Shown: positions 1 to 13,763 of the stretch, piece after piece
Position numbering within the stretch: position 1 is the first letter of the stretch
Layout: each line of letters opens with the position of its first letter
DNA from: Vermamoeba vermiformis
Taxonomy: Eukaryota
Assembly: GCA_045837725.1 (NCBI GenBank)
Contig: JBEWZL010000216.1
Coordinates: 124,001-188,000, forward strand
Direction of reading: 5' to 3'
Length of the DNA stretch: 64,000 bases
Made by a program: the position numbers and the translations under genes
The notes under the pieces: generated by a model
The model's input: only the letters and a program-made list of their open reading frames with translations
Told to the model about the DNA's origin: nothing
Databases searched by the model: none

Positions 1-78
1 AATTAATTCGATATGGCCGAAGTTTTCTTTCATTATTCGGTTGATCTTTTCTTGATCTTGTGGATCTCCAGTCTCCAT
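1..78 (-). CDS. Possible 5' end of a gene running off the window edge (METGDPQDQEKINRIMKENFGHIELI...)
   Basis: ATG at 78-76 with an open frame to position 1. No recognisable family. Confidence 0.3.
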   Translation of the reverse strand, partial: METGDPQDQEKINRIMKENFGHIELI

Positions 79-291
79 GTTGATGCTCGAGGTGGCTTAC
101 GAAAAAAATTAATATTATAGTAAGTAATTGTGCTGTTTCGCGTTAATTTATTCAAATAAACTGGTGGCTAAAAGAAATTGTGCTTTTTTTAAGGCTCTAA
201 CAAAAACGGTTGAAAAAAACGCGTACAATACTGGTCAAAATTTATTAATAATAAATTAATTAAATTCTTAGAAATTAATGGCGATAATATG

Positions 292-1113
292 TTAATCATC
301 CCGATCGTGTTTCCTTCTGTACTCTCCGGCAACTACTCGCTGGTTTTCTTCTTGTAACTGTTTAAGGTCGTCTGCTGCTGCCTTCTTTCGCTTTTTTGTA
401 GCTTTAATTTCGTCCAGGAGCCATTTAAATGCTAAATAATAAACGATTAGCGCTATTGAAGAGAAAATTGTACGCGGATGTACCTTCTTTGATATTTTTT
501 CCTGCTGTGGCTGAAATAATTTCAATATGACTATTTTCGAACGTCGAAAACTTCTGCTTGAAATGAGCGGCATCTCCTTTCTCCAGATCCGATTTGTTGC
601 CGAGGATCAAGATCGGAAGTTGTTCGTGAAGCCTAGATACAACGCCTTGCAACGCTTCATAGGAGGCACCAAAATTATTACTATCGCTAAGGTCTACCAT
701 CCATATTATGCCTTGCGCTTGAGCGAGCGCGTTGTCCCAGCAATTTCGTTGCGCATCCAATCCGCCTCCGCAATCCCAAAAGGAGATTTTTTTGCCAGAA
801 AAATTAAAATTGCCGTGATTGTACGTGGGGGCTATGAAATTTCTTATTAATAACAGATTTAACGAAGCTAGAATTTTTTAAAAATTGTCTAAAACGGCAT
901 CTAGAATTCCATAATAATTTGGACGCAAATAATTCAATTATTACGTACTAGGAGTATTAGGCACTTTAGCGTCATGATTTATCTTCGTATAGAACGTCGT
1001 TTTGCCGGATGCCGAAAGCCCCAACAACGCAACGGCTATTTCCTTCTCTATTTAATTAACCGTTAATACTAATATTAGGCGAGTAGATTTTTAATTTACG
1101 TACTCTTAATCAT
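292..1113 (-). CDS. Arf-like (Arl) small GTPase, 4 exons, with a charged C-terminal extension
   Basis: Spliced product has G1 GLSASGKTT, G3 WDCGGG, G4 NKSD and G5 SAT. It ends WLLDEIKATKKRKK...HDRDD*. Introns are canonical GT-AG. Confidence 0.85.
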
Positions 1114-1330
1114 GTTTGGTCGATGCTTTGCTGAACTCGGATACTATGGCACGACAGTTTTTTTTATCGTTTAAAATCGAAAAACAGAAATCAAGAATTC
1201 TAATTCTGGGTGGAATTGACAAGTATAGACAGGTACAGATAGTCAATTTACCTACATACCAAAAGTAGCAATTTCTCTCGGGCGATCTTTTGGAATTCTG
1301 GAGCGGAAGCTAAATTAGTTTTATTTTGCT

Positions 1331-3226
1331 TCATATCCTCCACCCGCGAATTAATTCGACTAATTCTTGCGGAAGAGAATTAATATTTTCATTAGGCATC
1401 TTTCTAGCCACATATTTTGCGACAATATTTTTAAGGCTCAGATCCGTTCCTATTCAAAAATACTCATTAACAACAATTATAACTATTTAAAATTATATCC
1501 TACGTACCATATACTTTAAGTGAGTATATATCAGTGCCACCAACGTTTCCAGACCAAATATATACAGTGTCGCCGTCGGCTACGGCAGAATGAACGGATC
1601 TAGCGTCAATAGTGACTGGCCCTAGAACTTCGACTTTCCTCCATATATTTCTTGCTATATAATATTATGTAAGTAAGAAGTGGCACAACGGATTCGCAAC
1701 AATAATACAGCTAACGAAGATCTTTTTTCGACATCCGAAATTTAAAATTTCATACCAAAGTCATATAAAGCTACTGAATCCAAAAAACTTCTTCCGCTGT
1801 AACCTCCGAATAAAACTCCGAGTAATTCTCCGTTGCCTGTCTTAACCAGCGTAAATGAATGGCCTGCGCAAGAGGACGGTTTGTTTTCTTCAGGAAAATT
1901 TATTCTGGTCCATTCATAACTCCCTAAAATAATAATTGTATTAATATATAAGACAATTTTGTACATTAATTAATATTCGCAAATAAAATTTGCACGAAAA
2001 AATTGGATCCGGATCTGATCCAGATCTTTTTCAAAATTTGACGTTGTAATACTTACTTATATTCAACGCATATAGATGGCTATAATATAGTCCCCTAGAA
2101 TATCCACCGTACATATAAATGTTATCTTCGTAATATATCAAGTATTCCATTGTTTGATTCTTCGGCATATCTCCAGTTGTTATAATTTGTGTTTTTTGTT
2201 TTGTAACTGCAAATGCAAAATATTAATATATAGACTATACTAATACTAATATATCAGTTGCGAGTGCTTGAAATTGCGACATAAGTAATATTTTGCGGTT
2301 ATGAAATTTCGCAAAAAAATTTAAAAGTCGTACCCAAATTTAGAATTGTTAATTCATCAAAGCAATGCTCATTTTCATCAATACTATTATGTAGTACATA
2401 TAATTCATCGCCAACAATCACCGCTGAAATTTTTGCTTTGCCTTCTAATGTTGCGATCTCTTCAATATGCGCTGTAGCTATTTCGTTCAAAAAATAAAAT
2501 CAGAATTATTTTCTAAGAATAATTTTCAATTAATTTTTGCAGTTTACGTGCCTGGATCGTACACCCACACTTGATGGTATTTTCCTCCCGTAATAATCAT
2601 TTTATCATTCCAAGCCTAACGAATAATAGTTAATCGCATATGACCTATTATATATTGTATATATTCGTACATTAACTGCGTGTGCATGCTGATATTTAAT
2701 GACGTCTGTATTATCGACCAGATCTTTCTCCCATCGACTCGTCGCTAAAAATTGTTAAGGTTAACCGTGATAATATATAGTGAATATGCCTTATACTCAC
2801 CGAAATTAAAGTGATGAATGCAGTCTTCTAATGCTTTACTGGATCCAACGCTCGTTCCGCCGACGATAAACATTTTATTCGCTTTCATGAATAATTAATT
2901 ACTGTTCAAAACTCTATAAACGAATAATGACATGTATAATATTGATGCGTACCTATAATACAGCTGCCGTGATAATCTCGTTCAATTGGCCGAGATCCTT
3001 CTGCGTGCAAAACGTTCCACTGAACAGCAACGGTCTTCAAGAAAAATAAAAAGAAACATTAGACGATATCGAGGATATTATATTAAGTATATAATCGTAA
3101 TTTAATAGTGAATCAAGTAAATAAAAATATTCAAAAGAAAAATCATAATCGCATCTAAAATGAGAAATTCAATTTCCTTACAGGTAGCTCTGAATCGCCT
3201 GTTTTTGTAGTATTAGCGTTTTCCAT
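1331..3226 (-). CDS. Kelch-repeat protein with a C-terminal BC-box/SOCS-like motif (KLHDC-type cullin adaptor), multi-exon
   Basis: Kelch segments RPIERDYHGSCII, PSSCAGHSFTLV..LFGGY and ARSVHSAV. C-terminus SLKNIVAKYVARK..INSLPQELVELIRGWRI*. Confidence 0.75.
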
Positions 3227-3337
3227 ATATTATAAAATAAATACTAATATTTAAATGTGCTTGTGTGGTCTTTGTAGGGCGAAACTAAAAAGATCTGCAA
3301 AAAAATCTTTTTTTTACCGCGATCAGACAGAACCACA
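3227..3337. promoter_or_regulatory. Short divergent (head-to-head) intergenic region, candidate bidirectional promoter
   Basis: Only 111 bp separate the inferred ATGs of the kelch gene (-) and the ADP-ribosylglycohydrolase gene (+). Confidence 0.45.
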
Positions 3338-5465
3338 ATGGAACTAAGAAACTCTTCATATAGAACCACACCGGAGCAGGCTATTGAGATTGCTAAATCC
3401 CAAGGCCACGTTTATCCATCAATTATTCCGGCTGAATCTGCTAAACCTCCTTGGTCTCACAATACAAAATTAAGCCGCGAAGAATTAATAGATAAAATTA
3501 AAGGAACTATTTATGGTAATAACAAGCCTCATTGCGGCAGTACCTCGCTGAAACAAATCCACAATTTTTCTGATTTTTTTTCCTATTCAGGAAATGCGAT
3601 TGGCGACGCAATTGGTTTATGTAAGATATTATAATACCTTTAATTTATATATGATGCAATTTTCGTTTATTAATCGTTTTTAAATCAGCCACCGAATTTT
3701 TGACTGGCGACGCCGTCAAAGAATTCTATAAAGACAAAGAGCTTAGTTATGCAAATATTATTGATGATTTTCATCGACAACGATGGCAAAAAGGCGATTG
3801 GACAGGTAATTACAAAATTAAAATTGAAATTTATCCGAATTATTTCTGATCGATTTTTAATTATTTTATTGTTGCAGATGATACCGATCAAATGATTCTT
3901 ATTATGGACAGTTTATTAGCTAACGCTGGGCATATTAATCCCCCCGATTTTGCTAAACGTCTTCGATTTTGGGTGGATCACGTACGGACTTGAAATTTCA
4001 ACTCAATTCGGCTAAAGATATGATACTAAACTTAATATATTAGGGATTTGCCGAGTTAGGAGATTTAGCTGGTCTTGGATTGGGTCTTACCGTCAAGGTA
4101 ACGCCCGTGCTCGAACGAATTTCCTTATTTGGCAATTTTACAAAATATTTCTTTCTCTGGGCCTACGATTAGCCTATTAATTATAATATAATTAATAATT
4201 ATAATAGAGAGTTGTTTCGCACAAACTTTTCACTGAAAATCCACACGCGGCTTCAGAAGAGATTTACAATGCTTCGGCAGGAAGAGCCGCTGCGAACGGT
4301 AATAATAATTGTTACTATCATAATAGTAGTAATTATGAGTATACTGATATTAATATTTGATAGGTGCTGTCATGAGAACGAGTATTTTGGGCATTCCGAA
4401 CTTTGGCGATCTGGATGCGGTCATTGAAAACACTACACAAATTGCCAAGGTACGAAACATTACTACTCCCTATGATTATAATTGATACAGGGCCATATAG
4501 TACTGTTATTCATGTACTTAACTCGTCAAAAAAGATTTTGAAGGATCCGAAAATTTTAACGCATCCACGGTACTTGTGGAGGTCGAATAAGACTTTGCAA
4601 TAATTTTTTCGTTTGTAGGTGACACATTTTGATCCGCGGTGTGTAGCTTCATGCATTTCCGGTACCACAGCCATAGCAATGATGTTGCAAGGCGAACATT
4701 GCAGCACGAAAGACGACATGAAAGTGATTTGCCACAAGTCCATTGAACTCGCGAGACAAGTGTTGAAAGAGCACAAAGAGCACGACAAAGAGTTCACTAA
4801 GTTGTGTAGCGTCAAAAAGATCAAAGAGTTGTACTTGGACGATAAGGATAGTATCGGGTAAGGGTCAAAACTTCCTGCAAAAAATTTTCACTGAAATAAC
4901 CGTTCAGTGAACCAAAATTAACTAATTTTTCTATTCACGAATTCTGCTAATATTCAACACTTTAATCAAATTTGCATATTCTGATTAATTTTTGCAGTTC
5001 GGCATTCGTTAATTGACTTTTTTGTTTGCAGATACACGTTCAAGTGCATCGCCTCAGGAATATTTGCAGTAAAATACGCTAAAGACTTCAAATCAGCGAT
5101 CACTGAACTCGTTATGGAGGCTGGTGACGCTGACACGTAAGATCATAGTAGATTCGTCATTTGTTTTTTTGACACGCAGCTAATCTGACAACTTTCCTTA
5201 TTTAGTAATGGTGCCATTGCTGGAGCTCTCGTTGGCTGTCGATTTGGATATTCGGTACGTAAAGTACTACGTGAGAACTATCATGACATTTTGACATTTT
5301 GACACTTTGACACTTTGCGAAGTACCTGTACGTGTTCCTGTACTAACGAGATACTTTTACTAAATTTAGAAATTACCGCACGATTGGTTAGAAGGCTTGG
5401 TCAATAAGAAGTGGCTTGATGCTCGTGTCGAGAAATTTTTGAAGTTGTTAGGACTTGGTGCATAA
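3338..5465 (+). CDS. ADP-ribosylglycohydrolase (ARH/DraG family), multi-exon
   Basis: Family motifs across exons: GNAIGDAIG, GDWTDDTDQM, AANGAVMR, THFDPRC, GDADTNGAIAGALVG. TAA at 5463-5465. Confidence 0.9.
5284..5317 (+). repeat. Intronic 8-mer tandem repeat (TGACAYTT)x4
   Basis: Reads tgacattt tgacattt tgacactt tgacactt tg. The same unit occurs on the minus strand at 55292-55320 and 55362-55380. Confidence 0.8.
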
Positions 5466-5651
5466 AAAATCTTACCCTACGTAATCTATTCCAATTATGG
5501 CAAAACGACAGCATAGACCCTGATATAGAACCGAATTTTTCCGCAGGTCTGTTTCACCGTAATTTGTATTATTCGTTTTAACGGCTTAAAAAATTATTGC
5601 TTACTCGTAAAAATAATGCCGATTTTAGTGCCTGAACGTGCATTTTATTTG

Positions 5652-6523
5652 CTAGTACTTTATATATGATAATATTATGAGCCATATTTCTTTTGGTAAA
5701 TCACAAACAATGCTCTGTCGTTCAATATTTTTCTTTAAAATTATCATGCCTCGCCTTCTTTCTTTGCGCCATTCTTTATTTTGTTCCAAATGAGATATTA
5801 ATTTTTCGTAATACCCAGCGTATATTATCGGATTGTAATCTAATGTAAGGTGTTCGATTGTTTTGTTCACATCCAGCATCCGTTCGAAATAGATCCAAGT
5901 GTCGCCGTCAATTTCATTAAAAGGAAGATTCAAATGTGTTATTGTATCATTTTCTTGCATTGCATCGCATATAATTCTTGTTCCTGCGTAGCCTAACTTA
6001 TTATGCTGAATCTGCAACAACGAGATCGTTCTGTTTTGTTTGATAATCTTTGCTATTTCCTCGCAAACACCTGCATCTATATAGCACTGACCAAAATATA
6101 GTCTTTCTATTGATTTGTTGGCCGCTAGTGCTTCACAAAGTGAAACCCACGCGCTATCATTCAACGGATCCGTGTAAATAAATAGGTTCTTGCAAGTAGT
6201 ATTATTTTTTATAAATTCTCCAAATTCAATAATATTTTTTGATAGTTGACGATGGAATTCTATCGTCGCGAGATTTTCAACTCTCTTCAAGAAACTTTCA
6301 AAATCCTGTGGTTCTAATTAATAATAAAATCGGTCAATGCACGATCGAAAACTACTCTATTATAACTAAATTATATTTACTGAATAAATTGATAATTACT
6401 TGAAATAATTTGAGATCAAGAAAAAAAAGCGAATCTGTTTCTACCCTTATTATAAGAGCTATGGTTTTAGTATTTAAAAGGATTTCTCCTCAATTTAAGT
6501 TGTTTTTATTCTTTCTTACCCAT
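5652..6523 (-). CDS. RNI-like leucine-rich repeat protein with a C-terminal F-box-like motif; 4-nt first coding exon
   Basis: ATGG|GTAAG at 6523-6515 splices to ...AATTAG|AACCACAG, giving MEPQDFESFLKR. It has ~28-aa NxTIxxLxL repeats and a C-terminal DLPKEIWLIILSYI. Confidence 0.75.
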
Positions 6524-6809
6524 TGTGCAGCTCCTGTTCGTTCGCTCGGAACAAAATTAAAATCTGTTAAACTTCAATCGCCCGGAGCAACTTTTTCAGT
6601 GAACAGGTTTTTCAGTGAACGACTAATGAGTCGCCCGCAGCCAGTAGCAGTCATCTCCATAATGACGAGCGCTCAATCGGCCAGACCCCGAATGTTTGTT
6701 AAAAAGTAAATTATTGTCCCTATTAGTTGTATAATATCGTTTTTAAATAGTGATTTTATGTATATACTAACAAGATATTATTTGCAATTTTTTTTGAGTG
6801 TTTTTTGTT

Positions 6810-8027
6810 TTAATATCCCAAGTGTCTCAGCCACAACTTAACTTTCTTCGTGTGCGGACCTTTAATCTCAAGTTTGTTTGTTCTAATCTCCACGATGGAA
6901 TTAGTCAATTTTTCCAATTCGCTCTTCATTTCCTGCGAATACAATTGTTTAATTAATTACGTCAATAATTTTCAACGTGAAAAAGAATTAATAGTTCTTA
7001 ATAGCTTTATATCACTATTAATCTATTAAATAATATTAAAAAATATATAAAATATGGTCTATAGTGATTTGAGAGTGAAGGATATTCGGGGATGGGTTTA
7101 GCGGATCTGCGTGTCACGACAGATCTCGTGCCATGAAACTTACATTCAAATCGCCAGTGACCCTCCTGACAATAGTCAATATGTTCGAGCGACCGTTGCG
7201 AATGTCGCTGTAAACGGGCAACTGACCAGTGTTTGTTCGTTCGACTTTAAAGGGCAATGAAGTGGTGTTACCTAAATTGGAAATTTGAATCAGATCTGAA
7301 CTTGCCATCGATGGAAAAGCATTTATACATCATATAATAGACGATATTATATATAATATCGGCTATGTTCAAATAAACCAGTTTCTGCGAAGTGGTAAAG
7401 ATCCGGATGCTTGATTATTATGATCCAAAAAAAATAACCAAAATTGTATTGTGGCAGGCACATCTCGTGCATATTAATTATGTTAATATTATATACTTAC
7501 CAGCAGGAGGCATATGACCAGTAGGACTAGTGACTTTGAGCTCTTGTAACGGGTATTTCAAGGGTGAGGCTGTCTCGAACTTGGGAGTAAGGACTATAAC
7601 AAATAAATGCGTTATAATAATGGAATATATTATTAATAATAATAAGATGCTAGAATTATGCGTATTGGGTAAGAAATAAATTTTTGAACGAACGATCCAG
7701 ATTTCGTTTCGAAACTAGGACTATAATAATCGCCAAAAAATATATTTCTTCGTGCAAAATATATTATTAACATATTTAAACAATATTACGAAGGAAATGT
7801 GAATGAATAAACAGATATTAGGAAGATGCAAAAAACAAAATTCGAATTTAATTTAGGCTTTCTTCAATTGAATAATTATGCATACGATAATTAATACAGT
7901 ATTATATGCAATTATAATTAAATATAGGTGGTTATTAAAGCTTACCTCTGACACCAACAGTTTGAGTGGATGTTTCAGATCGTGAAAAGAATGAGCGACT
8001 TGCTCTAGCAACTAATGTTCGCAACAT
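6810..8027 (-). CDS. MRPL49: Mitochondrial ribosomal protein mL49 (Img2)
   Basis: LPFKVERTNTGQLPVYSDIRNGRSNILTIVRRVTGD and C-terminal LEIKGPHTKKVKLWLRHLGY*. The Arg/Ser-rich N-terminus MLRTLVARASRSFFSR resembles a mitochondrial presequence. Confidence 0.85.
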
Positions 8028-8214
8028 TGCACGATGTTGTTATATGTGTATAGTATAATATAAAAATAGCAATAATTATTGAACCAGACAAACTTTGACC
8101 GAGAGAAAAAAATCAGGGCTGAAATCACTCGCCGTTATTTATATTCGTCCCTAGTGGTCGATTGCCACGAGGTGTTATATATTGCTTATAATATAAGAAG
8201 AGGTCGATAGTATT

Positions 8215-10096
8215 ATGGACGTTGAGAGCTTATTAAAAGAGATCCCGGAGTTCCCGGACTACATCTCTTTGGAACAACACTTGGGTACCATTGTAGGCAC
8301 TTCAATTATATTTAGCTTAGTATTATACTGTAAGTAAATATATTTGCACGAGAAAAGATTGTTAAACCATCGTAAAGAAGCAAGATCCAGTTTTAGTATC
8401 AATTATTTTTACTAGCTGCATCATTTTTTCAACATTAATGCTATATTCATATTTGATTAATGCTATAGATTATTTATTATATTTTTTTGAATTATTCGGA
8501 GACACTTTAGCAGCGGATCGTGCCGTTTCGCAACGGTCACTTTGACGAGACACGAGATCCGCTTTAAAATTGCAATAATGCTACTTTAGGCATACACTAC
8601 TATTGTATTTATTATCATAATGGTATCTGGAAAACTTACCTTTGTTTTTTTTTTTGGATTTCAGACCTAAACCAACCCGATCGAAAACACAAGCACGAGC
8701 ATCACCCGCCTAAGAACCTCTCTATTCTCGAGCATATATTCGGCGTTGTTCTTTTAGTGTCGGTTTGTGCTAATGTTGCCTACAAGTACCTCTTAGGACC
8801 CAAATACCTGAGTTACATGTTGTACCCGTGCCACGTAATGTAAGTACCATTTTCTATTTTATATTTGCAATAATAAGACTCGCAAAACTATGTAGCTAGA
8901 GTAGATGCCGGCTTAATAATATATTACTGGTTATTGATCTTTAAATTATGAGTGATATTGTAAAGCAGATCTACAAAATGATGCTTGCTGGATCCCATTT
9001 TAACTTTTAACGAAACATTACTAGCGATACTATATCATATTAATATAACATAATACATCAATTCTCACTATATTATGCTTTATTTGAGCTATTCTAACGC
9101 ATCTTTTCTCGTGACCAGTTCGTGCAGTTTGTTGTACGTGTTGTACAGCAAGAATCATAAGAGAGCTGCTGCCGTGTGGAACATCATTGTATTTTATACA
9201 CATTTTACGTAAGTACATATCATATATTATAATACAACAGTATATTCAGTCGCGGTGCGATCGTTGGATTCGAATTTCGTAAATTTAGCGGATCCTCCTT
9301 TTTAAAGTTTCAATCCGTTAGATTATGTTATAATATAAAATGCGTGTAAAGTTTAAATATAGGTACTGACTTTACGATACTAGATTTTTGGCGTTAGTTT
9401 CACCGGACACGAGCGATCTGTTTTTCTTCATGCAAGTCCCGGTGTTCTGGACACAACATTATGCCTTATTATTATTACCTATGGTGATGATAATTACGAA
9501 TAGATATCCTTTGCAACGACCAACATTCGCTGCGGCGTTTTATTGGTACGTTTCGGCAGTCATCATAGCCGCCATGTTTTGCTTCTTGATCCACTTGCCA
9601 GTATCCATAATTTTGGGCGTCAATGTTAACTATGTCTACTGGCCTCCACCAGGTACACATTAATGAATTAGATCAATTGATTCGGTGCTGAGATTTCCAT
9701 AATCGGAAATACTTCCGAGCACATCCGCAACAATCAAAATTGTGCTGTTTTTTTGCTTAGTTAATCAAAATACCGTTAAATAATTACGTAGCTAATGTAT
9801 ATATGAAATAGGTCATATTGAGAACAGTCCTTTGTCAGGGCCTTTGTACCACGCCAAAATGTTCGGTGTTGTCGCCTTATTGAGCTGGATCACAGGGTAA
9901 TTTATACGGAAATGCCACCGCGGATGTATATTATTGTTAAATACTAATACTATTGTAATTTTATAATTATAGATTCCCTCTGGTCTGGGCTCTTCAACTG
10001 CTTCGAAAACTGCTGATCAAGTTGGGTCTCGTGCACGATGATTCTTTGACGGCAAAGGCAAAAAATACTGTAATGAAAATTAAGAAGGTCAAATAA
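8215..10096 (+). CDS. TMEM164-like multipass membrane protein
   Basis: Motifs YMLYPCHV, FWTQHYALLLLP and VNVNYVYWPP resemble the family's LNPCH, QH and VNLN segments. The C-terminal KKVK* fits a dilysine ER-retrieval signal. Head-to-head with the mL49 gene. Confidence 0.7.
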
Positions 10097-10351
10097 ATAG
10101 CACGAAACGCCTAACTGAAATGAATAGAGTTGGATCTAACGTAGCGAACGGTTTTTCGCTGTCATTTCAAACAGTTGCATAGAAATCTATATATAGCTAA
10201 ATATTTATCCTCAAATAAGACTATCGGGGTTTGTCTAAAATCCTCCCTATTACTGCCAACCGCGAAACCTTAAAATGTAGTAACATTCCGAAAAGCGTTC
10301 TTATTTTTTACTTATTACCTCAAAACCACAAATTAATATTAAGTATTGAAG

Positions 10352-10945
10352 ATGAAACTATTACATATTCTTTTGCTCCTAATTTTAGGAACTTGCTCGA
10401 TCTCAGCCGTTTGGACGTTCGGTCAGGAATGTGATCCGTGGAATCACCCTATACCCACCGGTGTAGCAACAAATGGCAACTGCATATATGACAGCTTGAA
10501 AGATAAATACTTGTTAACGACTTGCAAGTGGTACCAATTGGGCTACTATTTCAATTATGAATGTAACGACGCTGGATGCCATGACTGCAAGATGATTTAT
10601 AAGGCTCCTTTACACCAATGTTATTCGGGATATTATACGACGTGCCATGACGACGAACCGAATTATGGACAGCTCTTAAATACGAAGGCGATCGGAGCTA
10701 CATCCACAATGGCAGACAAAGCGTGCAAAACCGGTGTTGTTAAAGGTCGTGTAGTATTTGCCGCAAATCAGTGCGTGCAAACGAGCTCAATAACTTCTTG
10801 GAACGCCAGATGCAACGGATCACCGAATGTGGAGTTTGACTTTTGGGAGAACGGTTCCTGCAAAGGCAATCTGAAGTCTAATATTACACGCACCCCTGAC
10901 ACATGCGATGAATTCGGAAACTTTGGGTTCTGCGCTTATTACTAA
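10352..10945 (+). CDS. Intronless secreted cysteine-rich protein (197 aa)
   Basis: Signal peptide MKLLHILLLLILGTCSISA, then 14 Cys arranged in two similar modules. Confidence 0.75.
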   Translation: MKLLHILLLLILGTCSISAVWTFGQECDPWNHPIPTGVATNGNCIYDSLKDKYLLTTCKWYQLGYYFNYECNDAGCHDCKMIYKAPLHQCYSGYYTTCHDDEPNYGQLLNTKAIGATSTMADKACKTGVVKGRVVFAANQCVQTSSITSWNARCNGSPNVEFDFWENGSCKGNLKSNITRTPDTCDEFGNFGFCAYY

Positions 10946-11165
10946 TTAATAAAAAAATCGGATCTATCTTTGAAAATTAAAGTTATTGGATTAGTGTTAT
11001 CGTACGCGGAAACGAATTGGAATGTTGCGAATAGAATCAAGAGAAGCGGCATATTTGCCTTATTTAGACAGCAAAAAATTCAAGGGAAGGTTCTCCCAGA
11101 GAACATTCTCGACGGAGCAAAAGTCAAAAGAGCGAAATTTGTTATTTATGTTTAATAGTATCAAT

Positions 11166-13572
11166 ATGACGGACGTACAACTTGATAAAGAGGCGATTGG
11201 TTCGTCAGCCTCCTCGCATATGGAGAACACGGATCATGTCGATCTTGAGCCCGTGGATCTGTTCGAGAGCGAGAGCAGGACCGAGAAAATTGTTAGAAAT
11301 ATTAAAGCCGCATGGGCGAGAAGGAAAAATGATATATTTGAATTAAAGCAATTAGCTAGGTAACAGGGTAATTGCAAAACAAATCCGGATTAACTGGTGG
11401 TTTTGTGGTGCAAGGTATTTTTTCGTACCAATATCTTCAATTAATGTGGTCATATTAATCCAGGATTGCTTTGCCATTATCGGTGACATATATTGCCCAA
11501 TTTTTGATTACGACAACAAATCTGTTTTTTGTTGGTAAACAAGGAACCAAAGAAGAATTAGCCGGTGCAGCTTTTGGATAGTACGTAAATATATATTTAA
11601 CTAAATTATTTGTATTGATTTGCGTGATTATGCGGATGATTTTCCGATCTGAATCCTCGATCACAAACTGATTTTCTGTTTCAGTACGTACTGTAATGTA
11701 TTCGGATTTGCCTTGGGCATTGGTATGATGTCAGCGCAAGATACATTATGTTCGCAGGCTTTTGGTGCAGGTAACAGTGTACAAAAATGAGTTTACGATC
11801 GGATCTGATCTTTACAATTTTAGGCAATTTCAAACGAGTCGGAGTGATCTTGCAACGAACAATTATTATAGTCATGCTTATGTGTATACCATTATCATTC
11901 ATTTGGGGCTTTTCTGAGCAAATTTTAATTGCGTTGCACCAAGATCCGATCGTGTCTGCTAAAGCCGGTGAATTCATTAGGTATTTCATTATGATCCTTA
12001 CATTAGAAAGTTACTTATTCGTAATCTATAGGGCAATGATTCCCTCTCTACCAGCATACATGTTTTTTGAAGCCGTAAAGCGATGGTTACAGATGCAATC
12101 CGTTGTCATGCCTCTTTTGTACATAGTTCTTATTGTGGCCGCTGCAAATGTATTCATTACGTGGTTATTCGTCGATGGATTCGCTCTAGGCTACATTGTA
12201 TGTCTTACTTCAATCATTTTTTATATAATTTGCTAACGGGATGTGACCTAAATCCAGGGAGCACCAATTGCTGTCGTAGTTACATATTACTTAGCTGTAG
12301 CTGTTCAATTAGGATACGTCTTTTGGAAGAAATTGCACGTACAGGTACGTCCTAGAGCCTTCAAACAAAGCAACATCGTATTTACATGACATGATTTGTA
12401 GACTTGGCCTGGCTTTAGCAAAGAGGCGTGGAAAGAATGGTCGACATATTTGTACTACGGATCATATGGCATGGTGATGATTTGTGCTGAATGGTACGTA
12501 ATAACACTGCATCCGTTACACCGGTTTCACGTGACTAATAAATTTTTTACCCGTACAGGTGGGGCTTTGAAATCCATACTCTGTTAGCAGGTTTAATGGG
12601 CACTGTTCCTGTAGCATCGCAAACAGTACGTAAAATATGTTCGTGTAGTCTACGGATCCAGATCTAAGCGGGATGTTTCTGCAGGTGATTCTGAATACTA
12701 TGCAATTGATCTTTATGATCCCACTTGGTGTTCAAATTGGTGTGACTACGCGTGTCGGAAACAGCCTTGGTGCAGGTGACGCACAAGGAGCAAAAACCTC
12801 GGCAAAAGTCGCGACAATCTCGATCATTATCTCGCAGTCTATCATCGCCCTTGGATTTTTCATTGCTAGGTACGATTATTTTTTATTAAGACTGACGGCC
12901 CTAACGTGTTTATATAGAAATTCATGGGGTTGGGTCTTTACTAATGAAGAAGAGGTCGTTCAAACTGTAGCTGCGACATTGCCCATCGCGTGTTGCTTCA
13001 TGGTACGAACAATTTAACCAAGTCCTAAAGCGTAATACGAACTCATCTCCTTTTGTTGTAGTTTGCAGACGGCGGCCAGGGTGTCATGAGCGGAGCTCTG
13101 CGTGGTATTGGCAAACAGAAGATTGGTGGCATTACCAATTTGATCGGGTATTACGTGCTCGGAATTCCACTTGCTTATCTCTTTGGCTTCCATCTTGAAG
13201 TACGTTCACTCATTAATACCGTTAATAATTCATAGCAATATGGTTCTAACATCTTATTACTAGCTTGGCATTCGTGGCTTATGGCTCGGTTTGTTGGCTA
13301 GTTCATTGACTTGTTTCGTAGTTTTTGTAATTGTGCTCGTACGAGCTGATTGGGAACACGTAAGTATTAATATAAACTTAACTAATCTTACGTATATTAA
13401 TAATCAATTATAGGAAGCTATGTTGGCTCAAAAGAGAAGTAAGCTCGAGGATGCAGGGTTGCACGTGCCAGTCACAACAGATCCGTCGCTGATGAGCGTT
13501 GAAGAAGGAAAAGCATCGCCTCCTTCATCACCACCAAGCGAACATGGTCAAAGCAACGGAACCAGATTGTAA
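11166..13572 (+). CDS. MATE family multidrug/toxin efflux transporter, multi-exon
   Basis: DTLCSQAFGAG, GVILQR, MICAEWWGFE, RVGNSLGAGDA, DGGQGVMSGALRGIGKQKIG and YYVLGIP. Confidence 0.92.
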
Positions 13573-13763
13573 TTAGCTGCGAATTACTGTAATAAATAAC
13601 GTTATTTTTCATCATAACTAACTGGTCGAAATTGTAACGTTGAATACGCATATTCTAAAGAATTTAAAAGCGATGATTCTCATTTACTAGAACTAAATTA
13701 GTTTTCCGTGTACGACGCCAAAAAATGCGAAAAGTTGGCAATTTGATTAATTTTTTTTACGTA

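Noticed and set aside
6410-6709. 99-aa plus-strand ORF
   Set aside because: It has a non-ATG start, overlaps the first intron and upstream region of the minus-strand LRR gene, and has no recognisable protein features.
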